Of a stretch of 27,509 nucleotides of DNA, positions 17,723-25,855 are shown piece by piece. The DNA is from Gammaproteobacteria bacterium (GTDB lineage Bacteria > Pseudomonadota > Gammaproteobacteria > JAJDYQ01): positions 1-27,509 of the forward strand of contig JBFFRZ010000001.1 of assembly GCA_041572715.1 (NCBI GenBank), in the 5' to 3' direction. The notes below the pieces were generated by a model that was not told where the DNA came from, ran no database searches, and saw only the letters and a list, made by a program, of their open reading frames with translations. Position numbers and translations under genes: made by a program. How positions within the stretch are numbered: the first letter of the stretch is position 1; every line of letters begins with the position of its first letter.

Positions 17723-19108
17723 TCAGTAAGCTGGCTGTTGTTGCCAGGGTTTGGTTAGACGGCTTCTGACTTTGCCTTGCGCCATGAATACCAGGCGTTT
17801 TTGCGGGCTCCTTGCCCGCATTTTTTTTCTTACACGGGGTAGCGCAGCCAGGAAGCCTGCCAACATAAAATATTCAACGACGATATACGTTTGCCTGAAG
17901 GCCCACTCAAGGCTGGACTGCAACCAGAGCGCCAGCATCGATGCAAGTATTCCGATCGCAATGTGAGAAACAATGTTATTTTCACGTTTAATCGTGATGC
18001 CCAACGCTAGCCAGATAAACCTGCCAATGAGCAACAGGAACACCACCAGCCCTATCCACCCCATTTCCGCTGCATGCAGCAGATAAACGTTGTGAACAAT
18101 ACCCCGATCTATTTCCAGAGGTACATAACGGGAAAAGTCCGTATTATTGACAGCGTGAGAATAGTTATTGATTCCTATGCCCAGCCAACCGGAATTCGCC
18201 ATCGCAATCGCAGCGTCATTGGCCTGGTGCCTGCTGAGTTCCGCATTAACCGGAGCGCTTTCAAAGCGTTCAATTATTGAAGGCGCAACCTTGATGATTA
18301 TGGGTAATATAGCTAAGCCCATAATGGCAAGCATTTTCAGCTTGGACATACTAATTCGATCATACATTGATAATGTAACAACAAGCATGTAACACACTGC
18401 CATTACTGCCAGCGCTCCCCGGGAAAAGGTTGCCAACACAATCAGAGTGCCCATACCTAGTGCCGCCCAGTAGCACAGCCGGATGAGACCACGGCTTTTG
18501 TCGTTAATAACCATTGAAAGGAAGATCATGTTGATCATGTTCATGTACACGGCCAGGGTATTCGAATGCGGCATTGTGCCGTGGGCCCGATAGATACCGA
18601 TAAGACGCTGGTAAATAACAAGCATGAATTCAAAGGAAACGATCGCAACCAGTATGAGAAGAAAGAACCTGAGATCTTTTTCTGTTCTCAGGTAGTTGTA
18701 TGCCACCCAGTAGACCAGGAAAGCCCTCAGTATTTTCGATAACCCGAATGCACCGTAGACAGGAACATAACTGACAAATAGCGTGAGTATGGCCAGTAAC
18801 AGATATAGAACCATAGGCACCATATTGGGTGGCATAAAGTCTGGCCGTTTGTTCCTCCAGCGGGGTGAAAACAACATAACCAGTGCCAGGGATATAATCA
18901 TCCAGTCGGTAACGCCGAACTCAAAGCCCCTTGTGTCACCTCTATATTCCTCCATTGAAAGAATATTGATATCCACCAGATATGACGTTGAGAAAAAAGC
19001 ACCTGCAACGAGAATTTTCTCTGCCCACACAAAACGCATACCAAACCAGCTTGCAACCGGAATGAATGCAAATGTCATGGCCAGAAAAATGTAATGTTTA
19101 AGTTCCAT
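17723..19108 (-). CDS. O-antigen ligase/Wzy_C family membrane protein (probable polymerase)
   Basis: Many TM segments; HSNTLA, TFSRGA and GIVHNVYLLHAAEMGWIG motifs. Confidence 0.88.
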   Translation of the reverse strand: MELKHYIFLAMTFAFIPVASWFGMRFVWAEKILVAGAFFSTSYLVDINILSMEEYRGDTRGFEFGVTDWMIISLALVMLFSPRWRNKRPDFMPPNMVPMVLYLLLAILTLFVSYVPVYGAFGLSKILRAFLVYWVAYNYLRTEKDLRFFLLILVAIVSFEFMLVIYQRLIGIYRAHGTMPHSNTLAVYMNMINMIFLSMVINDKSRGLIRLCYWAALGMGTLIVLATFSRGALAVMAVCYMLVVTLSMYDRISMSKLKMLAIMGLAILPIIIKVAPSIIERFESAPVNAELSRHQANDAAIAMANSGWLGIGINNYSHAVNNTDFSRYVPLEIDRGIVHNVYLLHAAEMGWIGLVVFLLLIGRFIWLALGITIKRENNIVSHIAIGILASMLALWLQSSLEWAFRQTYIVVEYFMLAGFLAALPRVRKKMRARSPQKRLVFMAQGKVRSRLTKPWQQQPAY

Positions 19109-19140
19109 ATTCCAAAAAAAGTCATGGCTTGATCTCCTTC

Positions 19141-19157
19141 AGCAATATGCATGCCTA
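19141..19157 (-). promoter_or_regulatory. Candidate sigma-54 promoter for the reverse operon
   Basis: Minus strand TAGGCATGCATATTGCT has GG-N10-GC spacing with TTGCT at -12, but conflicts with a strong Shine-Dalgarno at 19134-19140. Confidence 0.55.
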
Positions 19158-19252
19158 AATCCAGAATTCCGCTGGCAATATCCTGTATAGCCGCCAAACA
19201 GGCAGATTAATGCGCCCGTATCTACTTGTGCCGTTATGCAGAAACGGCCATC

Positions 19253-19298
19253 TTCCCATCCTGCGAATACAGAGGTGCGGACATATGCAAATTGCAAA
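19253..19298. promoter_or_regulatory. Enhancer-like boxes in the divergent intergenic region
   Basis: TTCCCA-TCC-TGCGAA (19253) and TATGCA-AAT-TGCAAA (19284), same pattern as upstream of 1014 and 8768. Confidence 0.6.
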
Positions 19299-19395
19299 TC
19301 ATTCTGCGAAGTCAGCGGACATTCAGCATATCTTTAAAGCGTGCACAGGCCTTTGGTCCAGGATTAAAAATAAGCCTGCAAGCGCCAAACCATAT

Positions 19396-19408
19396 TAACT
19401 GACTGATT
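19396..19408 (-). promoter_or_regulatory. IHF-like site
   Basis: AATCAG-TCAG-TTA matches WATCAR-N4-TTR, lies between the boxes and the 19461 promoter, next to an A/T tract. Confidence 0.45.
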
Positions 19409-19460
19409 TATAGTGTTTTTTTTAAAAATATCTGTGTGCCAATCCGCAGCATGTACAAGT

Positions 19461-19476
19461 TGGCACTGTTCTTGAT
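19461..19476 (+). promoter_or_regulatory. Sigma-54 promoter candidate
   Basis: TGGCAC-TGTTC-TTGAT: perfect -24, -12 reads GA instead of GC; 51 bp upstream of the ATG with AGGAG. Confidence 0.65.
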
Positions 19477-19511
19477 AACACCTTCCTATACAACGTTCGA
19501 AGGAGTAATCA

Positions 19512-21479
19512 ATGAACAACCATACGCAAACTGTTTCAGCTGAAGGTACAGCGTCTAGCGTGGGCCATAACCTCAGTACTGGGGCGGAAGCAAGAGGTCA
19601 GCGATCGCTTGACCTGATGATTGCTTCCCTGATGATCGTGATCACAAGCCCGCTGTTGCTGATACATAGTGTTTGTGCACTGCTGACCCAAGGTCGTATT
19701 CTTGCCAGTGTAGAGACAGCAGAAAACAATCTCCCCGCCCGGTTTGCCAGCAGCCTTCCAACCAATGAGTTGGCCGCTTTGTTCAGCGTACTGACTGGCC
19801 GCTATACATTCGCAGCACAGTCCAATGACCATACTGGACGCAAAGGCTTGTTCACCGCCAGGCAACTTCGCGAGAGGCTGGGCGTTACCTACCTGGAAAA
19901 CCCGGCTAACAACACCGGCACATGGAATCTGAAGTATTACCTGTCGGTACTGTCACGATCTGTGCTCGCCATATTTGTCTCACCGGTAAAAAGCATAGAT
20001 GCACAGGATCACTTCCATATCTTCGGTGTGCGGGTCCACAACGCCAGCATGAAAGATGCCATTACCTGGATGTATGAAGGGCTGGAAAATAATCTGCGCA
20101 CAACGGTTGGCTTTGTCAACACTGACTGTCTGAACAAGGCCTACAGTGACGATGACTATCACAACACATTGAATCATCTTGATCGGGTCTACCCGGATGG
20201 CACCGGTGTAAGGATGGCAGTTCAAATGAATGGGCAAGGTGTTGCTGACAATGTAAATGGCACAGACCTCTTTCCTATGCTGTGCGAACGGCTGGCCGGT
20301 ACGCGACACAGTCTGTTTCTGCTTGGAGCCAGGCCTGGCATCGCCGAGGCAACCGCCGAGAACATGCAGCAACTGTACCCCGGGCTCAAAATCGCCGGAA
20401 CCAGGGACGGTTATTTCACTGCCGATGAAGAACAGGAAGTCATCGGTCAGATCAACGGGTCTGGCGCGACTGTCCTGCTGGTTGCCCTGGGCGCGCCCCG
20501 CCAGGAGAACTGGATCATGCAGAATCAACAAGCGCTCGACCCTGGACTGATGATGGGCGTTGGTGGACTGTTTGATTTTTATTCCGGAAGAATATCCAGG
20601 GCACCGGTCTGGGTTCGGGAAATCGGCCTGGAATGGGTATGGCGCCTGATACAGGAGCCGCGTCGCATGTGGCAGCGCTACCTGGTGGGTAACTTTTTAT
20701 TCCTGTATCGCGTGTGGCGAGAAAAAACCCGTAATGGCTCGGTCTTGAGGCCGTCCGTCATAACCCCATCCAGAGAATCTGACCTGCTCGATTATTACGA
20801 GGACCTTGGACAACATAATGCTACGCGGATACGCATGCTGCAGTTCAAACGGCAGGTATGGAGCCTTGGCCGCCTGGCCAGCCAGTTGATCAAACGCGTC
20901 ATCGATACACTTGCAGCCGCAATACTCATGCTGCTGCTTTCACCGATGCTGTTACTGGTGATGCTGGTCATTCGCATTGAAAGCCCGGGGCCGGTTTTCT
21001 ACTCCCAGATGCGAGTCGGATACAAAGGCAGACTGTTCAAACTCTGGAAATTCCGTTCCATGTATATCGATGCTGATCGACGCAGGGCGGAACTCGAAGC
21101 ACTTAATGAAATGGAGGGCGGAGTCATTTTCAAGATGAAGCATGACCCGCGCATCACCCGTACCGGGCGCATTATCAGGAAATTTTCTATCGACGAGTTG
21201 CCCCAGCTGTGGAATGTATTCAAGGGTGACATGTCGCTGGTTGGGCCAAGACCCGCATTACCTTCCGAGGTCGAACTTTATTCCGTAGACGAGCGCGTAC
21301 GCCTGTATGCGAAGCCGGGGATCACCTGCATCTGGCAGGTCAGCGGCAGATCGGATATTCCATTCCCGCAGCAGGTTCGCCTGGATGAAGACTACCTGTA
21401 CACGCAGTCTCTGGTAACCGATATCAAACTTCTGCTGAAAACCATACCCGCCGTCATCAGCGGCAAAGGCGCTTACTAA
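19512..21479 (+). CDS. Fusion: vestigial sugar-transferase domain + WecB/TagA/CpsF (GT26) glycosyltransferase + polyprenyl-phosphate phosphoglycosyltransferase
   Basis: GT26 motifs VYPDGTG, LVALGAPRQE and GLEWVWRLIQEPRRMWQRY; Bac_transf motifs KRVID, KFRSM, DPRIT, DELPQLWNVFKGDMSLVGPRP and KPGIT. Confidence 0.92.
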   Translation: MNNHTQTVSAEGTASSVGHNLSTGAEARGQRSLDLMIASLMIVITSPLLLIHSVCALLTQGRILASVETAENNLPARFASSLPTNELAALFSVLTGRYTFAAQSNDHTGRKGLFTARQLRERLGVTYLENPANNTGTWNLKYYLSVLSRSVLAIFVSPVKSIDAQDHFHIFGVRVHNASMKDAITWMYEGLENNLRTTVGFVNTDCLNKAYSDDDYHNTLNHLDRVYPDGTGVRMAVQMNGQGVADNVNGTDLFPMLCERLAGTRHSLFLLGARPGIAEATAENMQQLYPGLKIAGTRDGYFTADEEQEVIGQINGSGATVLLVALGAPRQENWIMQNQQALDPGLMMGVGGLFDFYSGRISRAPVWVREIGLEWVWRLIQEPRRMWQRYLVGNFLFLYRVWREKTRNGSVLRPSVITPSRESDLLDYYEDLGQHNATRIRMLQFKRQVWSLGRLASQLIKRVIDTLAAAILMLLLSPMLLLVMLVIRIESPGPVFYSQMRVGYKGRLFKLWKFRSMYIDADRRRAELEALNEMEGGVIFKMKHDPRITRTGRIIRKFSIDELPQLWNVFKGDMSLVGPRPALPSEVELYSVDERVRLYAKPGITCIWQVSGRSDIPFPQQVRLDEDYLYTQSLVTDIKLLLKTIPAVISGKGAY

Positions 21480-21492
21480 CAAGGAGAAAGCC

Positions 21493-22380
21493 ATGTTTGC
21501 AATTATTCTCGCCGATACAAATGATGCCGGCCTTGAACCGCTGACATCGCGCTTGCCTCACGCTCTGCTGCCGCTGGTTGGCAAGCCAATTCTGGTCCAC
21601 CTGCTGGAACAGCTGCACAGAAACAACATTACGGATGTAATGGTGGTCTCCCCGGATCACCACGATCGCCTGGCAAGATCAATTGATACCGGCCCACTGT
21701 TGGGCATGAGAATCAATTTTGCATCCGAACTCCCCGATTTACGCCGCAACCCTGATGACACGCTGGTCATTGGCAGCAGATATCTGGTGGACCTTAACTG
21801 GCGTCTTATCACCGCAAGCCTGAGTGAAAACAACGGCTGCGAAAACTCCATGATGATCACCAGCTCGGCAAAGCCGGTGGCACTGATCGTCCCCCCGGGG
21901 GCGTCAGATCTCGTGCCTGATAACTGGACTGATGTAGAACAAATGGTGATACCAAGAGTTTCCGAAGACAGTCCTCCGGTATTGAATATTGACTCACTAA
22001 AAAATTACGTTGATGCCAACTTCAGGTTACTCAATGAAAAATTCCAGCACTTCTTTCCAGCTGGACGGCAAAACATCGCCGGCCTGTATGTCTCGCCGAA
22101 GGCTACGGTCAAAACTCAAAGCCTGCAAAGCAATAATGCCTATGTCGGCTCATATAGCCGCATCGATGCAGCGGCTACCCTGCACGGGGACGTTGTGGTT
22201 GGTGAGAAAGTCGTGATCGACAAGGGCGCCAGTATCTCAAACAGCATTATTCTTGACGGCACCTACGTAGGTGCCATGACCCGGTGTAATAACGCGATTA
22301 TTCATCAGAACCTGCTAATCAGGGTCGATTCCGGGATCTGTGTGGAAATCAATGACCCAGTTCTGGTATCGGCCTGCTGA
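21493..22380 (+). CDS. NDP-sugar synthase-like protein (nucleotidyltransferase fold + LbH) with degenerate active-site motif
   Basis: IILADTNDAGLEPLTSRLPHALLPLVGKPIL aligns with the GGxGTRLxPLT...PKxLLP family; C-terminal hexapeptide repeats; AAGGAG Shine-Dalgarno. Confidence 0.78.
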   Translation: MFAIILADTNDAGLEPLTSRLPHALLPLVGKPILVHLLEQLHRNNITDVMVVSPDHHDRLARSIDTGPLLGMRINFASELPDLRRNPDDTLVIGSRYLVDLNWRLITASLSENNGCENSMMITSSAKPVALIVPPGASDLVPDNWTDVEQMVIPRVSEDSPPVLNIDSLKNYVDANFRLLNEKFQHFFPAGRQNIAGLYVSPKATVKTQSLQSNNAYVGSYSRIDAAATLHGDVVVGEKVVIDKGASISNSIILDGTYVGAMTRCNNAIIHQNLLIRVDSGICVEINDPVLVSAC

Positions 22381-22415
22381 TTCCCTTTTATCAAACCATC
22401 ATGAGGACAAATACA

Positions 22416-23918
22416 ATGATACCTATAATTCTATCTGGCGGTGATGGCTCACGTCTGTGGCCACTATCACGCAAAAGCAGGCCAAAACAGTTTATCCCGG
22501 TAATTGGGGAATTGAGCCCCTTCCAGGAATCGGTCCAAAGGGCAATCTCCCTGGATGATGTCGATAATTGCATGGTTATCTGTAACGAAGATCATCGCTT
22601 TACGGTTGCGGATCAACTGCAAGCGATTGACAGTACCAGCCACAACATTGTGCTGGAGCCGGCAGGCCGCAGTACGGCGCCAGCCATCGCGGTAGCCGCC
22701 CTGCTCGCCCTTGAAAATGCGCCGGAAGACGATCCGGAATTACTCGTTATGCCTTCAGATCATGTCATCAGTGATGTGGATGCCTTTAAACAGGCTGTCA
22801 GGCAAGCAAGAACTGTGGCCTCAAGCGGGCACCTGGTCACTTTTGGTATCATGCCTGGCATGGCGCATACCGGGTATGGCTATATCAAGCATGGTGAAGC
22901 GCTCCCGGGGAATCATGCACACCGCATCCTGGGCTTTACTGAGAAACCTGATTATTCAACTGCGCTTGGCTTTATTCGGTCCGGGGATTACCTGTGGAAT
23001 GCAGGAATATTTCTGTTCAGAGCATCGACAATAATTCGTGAGCTTGGAGAACATGCTCCGGAAATACTGGAGATGGCCAGGTTGGCGATCACTAATAGCA
23101 CCCGCGATCTCGATTTCTGCAGACTGTCCCGCGAAGCATTCACCCGTTGCAAGTCCGCTTCAATTGATTACGCAGTCATGGAGAAAACCACTGCAGCTGC
23201 AGTGGTTCCGTTAGACGCGGGCTGGAGTGATATCGGTACCTGGGACACCATCTGGGAGCTCAACAATAAGGATGAATCAGGAAACGTATGTCGTGGTGAT
23301 GTTCTGCTGAACAATGCAGAAAACAATCTAGTGTACGCCAGTCATCGGCAGGTCAGCGTAATTGGCGTGGAAGATACCGTGGTGATCGAAACCAGTGACA
23401 GTGTACTGGTCCTGAGTCGGGATCATGCAGAAATGGTAAAGGAGATTGTTGGCACGCTCAGATCAAATGGTCGCAACGAGGCCAGCGAACATCGCCAGGT
23501 TCATCGTCCCTGGGGCTGGTATGACTCCATAGAAGAAGGAGAACGATTCAAAGTCAAACGCATCATGGTGAAACCTGGTGAAAAGCTATCACTGCAAAAA
23601 CATCATCACCGTGCGGAGCACTGGATCGTCGTCAAGGGGACTGCAATGGTGGAATGTGATCAGGAAACTCTGATGCTGGGTGAAAACCAGTCTACCTATA
23701 TCCCGTTAGGATCCACACATCGCCTCAAAAATCCGGGAAAAATTCCGCTTGAGATTATCGAGATTCAGTCCGGAGCCTATCTCGGCGAAGACGATATCGT
23801 CCGCCTGCAGGATGACTATGGACGAACTGAATCAATACGCGAGCCTAAAAAGCATAGCAGTGACGTTGATATAGCTGATAGTGATCCTGCTGCGCTGTCA
23901 GTTGTAGCAGCCTCATGA
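22416..23918 (+). CDS. manC: Mannose-1-phosphate guanylyltransferase / mannose-6-phosphate isomerase
   Basis: GGDGSRLWPLSRKSRPKQF, EPAGRSTAPA, FTEKP, WSDIG, RPWG and HHHRAEHW; GAGGA favours the 22416 start (alternative 22401). Confidence 0.96.
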   Translation: MIPIILSGGDGSRLWPLSRKSRPKQFIPVIGELSPFQESVQRAISLDDVDNCMVICNEDHRFTVADQLQAIDSTSHNIVLEPAGRSTAPAIAVAALLALENAPEDDPELLVMPSDHVISDVDAFKQAVRQARTVASSGHLVTFGIMPGMAHTGYGYIKHGEALPGNHAHRILGFTEKPDYSTALGFIRSGDYLWNAGIFLFRASTIIRELGEHAPEILEMARLAITNSTRDLDFCRLSREAFTRCKSASIDYAVMEKTTAAAVVPLDAGWSDIGTWDTIWELNNKDESGNVCRGDVLLNNAENNLVYASHRQVSVIGVEDTVVIETSDSVLVLSRDHAEMVKEIVGTLRSNGRNEASEHRQVHRPWGWYDSIEEGERFKVKRIMVKPGEKLSLQKHHHRAEHWIVVKGTAMVECDQETLMLGENQSTYIPLGSTHRLKNPGKIPLEIIEIQSGAYLGEDDIVRLQDDYGRTESIREPKKHSSDVDIADSDPAALSVVAAS

Positions 23919-23963
23919 TTTGTACTGGATGCTGCGACTCGAAAACACCGGGCGGTAGAACTT

Positions 23964-24788
23964 ATGAACCTGTTCTCAATAAAGTTAATTTTCATGACTA
24001 GACATAACAAGTTTAATGCCCCTGGCGTTTTGCTGCTGCTTATCTGTGCATTATTTGCGCACACTGCAAGAGCAGAGGTACCAACGATTCTTACCGATAC
24101 CATCAAGTCCGGAAGCGGTACGATCGATATCATGCAGGATGTGACTGCCAGCGAGCTCGATGGTGCATTGAGTGACGGCACCATGTATCTCGGTGTGGAT
24201 CTCAACGAGGATGCATCAGGACTTGAAAAATCAACCTCCCAGGGTGTGGCAATCAAGGAGGTTGAGCTGGTGCTGACTACCACTGATGGAACATTTACCT
24301 TCAATACTTTCTATACCAACACCACGGCCATGATCCAGGAGCAGGGGTCCACCGAAAGCAGCGAGTATCACACGCTTTTCGGCCAAACCGGCAGTAGCGA
24401 GATCTCAAGCACCACCGAGGGTTTCAATCTCTCTTCATTTGATGACGTGATAGAGATACAGGATATCAGCTATACCGGAGAAATTATTGATGCCCAGCTC
24501 AACGTAACATTTCTTGATACAGAAAAAAATGCCGGAGACAACGAGTCATTCTTTGACTATTCCGCAGGCTTTGAAGACTTTGCAATCCTTTCATCAACGG
24601 ATGCGCAGACGCTCGACAATGCAGACATAGGTCTGACAGAGGCGCCGACGACGATCACTTACACAAGTTCCACGCCAAGTGGTGGTGATGTTGCAGCGCC
24701 GAGTGGCACTCCCGAACCACCCTGGCTATTGCTCGCCGCCTTACCTGCGCTGCTGTTTACGAAAAGAAAACGGCAAGCAACTACTTAA
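23964..24788 (+). CDS. PEP-CTERM sorting-domain surface protein (acidic, Ser/Thr-rich)
   Basis: Signal peptide ending AHTARA; C-terminal TPEP + hydrophobic stretch + KRKR; exosortase two genes downstream; the start may be 23994. Confidence 0.85.
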   Translation: MNLFSIKLIFMTRHNKFNAPGVLLLLICALFAHTARAEVPTILTDTIKSGSGTIDIMQDVTASELDGALSDGTMYLGVDLNEDASGLEKSTSQGVAIKEVELVLTTTDGTFTFNTFYTNTTAMIQEQGSTESSEYHTLFGQTGSSEISSTTEGFNLSSFDDVIEIQDISYTGEIIDAQLNVTFLDTEKNAGDNESFFDYSAGFEDFAILSSTDAQTLDNADIGLTEAPTTITYTSSTPSGGDVAAPSGTPEPPWLLLAALPALLFTKRKRQATT

Positions 24789-24793
24789 AGGGT

Positions 24794-25855
24794 ATGCGGA
24801 AAATGAAACTCGGGAAAAGCGAAATTCGTAATATGGCGATAATGGCGGTTGTTGCCGTCGCTGCCCTGGTCCTGGCTTTAGCAGTCAGCGGCCCAAGGCT
24901 TTCAGAAAGTACGGCCATCGACCAACAGGGCCCGATCAAGCCCATTAACGCTGCAGAAATCAGGGTGACGCCAGAACTACTCAGTGCAATGCGCTGGAAT
25001 GACATGGGCAAGGTCGTAGCAACGATAACAACAAGCCCTGAAGAGATCGGTCGTGTAGCCAGGCTTGTTGATGACATGAGTACGCCGGTTACCCTGTACC
25101 TGAAGGCGTTATTGCTACTGGCGCAAAACCAGCCGCAACAGGCCCTGGGCGTGTTTAATCAAATACAAATCGACAGAATTCCGCCTAATTTTCTTTATGC
25201 TCCACACCGGTTGCACCAGGCCATCAACGGTATTGAGAATGACAAGTACCGGGAATTGCTGGAAAAAGCCGTCCACGAGAACCAGACATCAGCGCTAATC
25301 ACGGCTCGCGTACTGGCCGCCAACGGCGCCCTTGAAGACGCGCTGTCCAGTTACCTGCAATCAGATCCGGCCAGTTGGGCAAGCTATGATCTAGCACTGT
25401 TCAGAAGAATCGGCAGCTACGAGGGATTGTCAGTCGATCTTGCAAGAATGCTTACTGGTGCAATCTCATCGGGGCGCGCCAAGACAGATCTTGTGCCACA
25501 GCTGGCACAGATAGCCAGGCAACCCGCAGACGGTTCCGAAATCGCTGAATTTGAAAATCGAATCAGGAATGCGATTAAAAATGACACGCCTGAGGGGAGA
25601 ATTGCACTTGAATCTGCAAGAAACTTACTGCGTGACCGAAAGATATTTTTAAGCCGGCAGTATCATGAGCTCATAAAACTGTATAGCGCCGCCAAACCGA
25701 TCAAGCTGTCAACTGAAACAGTGCTGCTGCTGTTTCTTTCCTCTGTCGAGCTGCAGGACCAGGAGCAAGCTGAAACATGGGGCCAGGAACTGAAACGTCG
25801 GCATGCTGAAACCGAAGTCAGGGACTGGGTGAATAAAACCATGGCAACAGCATAA
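24794..25855 (+). CDS. Hypothetical membrane-anchored, largely helical (TPR-like) protein
   Basis: One N-terminal hydrophobic segment; helix-pair-like Ala/Leu patterns; tightly packed between the PEP-CTERM and exosortase genes; alternative start 24803. Confidence 0.75.
   Translation: MRKMKLGKSEIRNMAIMAVVAVAALVLALAVSGPRLSESTAIDQQGPIKPINAAEIRVTPELLSAMRWNDMGKVVATITTSPEEIGRVARLVDDMSTPVTLYLKALLLLAQNQPQQALGVFNQIQIDRIPPNFLYAPHRLHQAINGIENDKYRELLEKAVHENQTSALITARVLAANGALEDALSSYLQSDPASWASYDLALFRRIGSYEGLSVDLARMLTGAISSGRAKTDLVPQLAQIARQPADGSEIAEFENRIRNAIKNDTPEGRIALESARNLLRDRKIFLSRQYHELIKLYSAAKPIKLSTETVLLLFLSSVELQDQEQAETWGQELKRRHAETEVRDWVNKTMATA

Noticed and set aside
17821-17828. A/T homopolymers in coding regions (also ~819 and ~1838) as phase-variable tracts
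   Set aside because: Only 7-8 nt, and the reading frames are intact.
23919-23993. Dedicated promoter/enhancer for the PEP-CTERM gene (TTCTCA half-site near 23973)
   Set aside because: No GG-N10-GC motif and no second half-site; the gene is probably transcribed from upstream.
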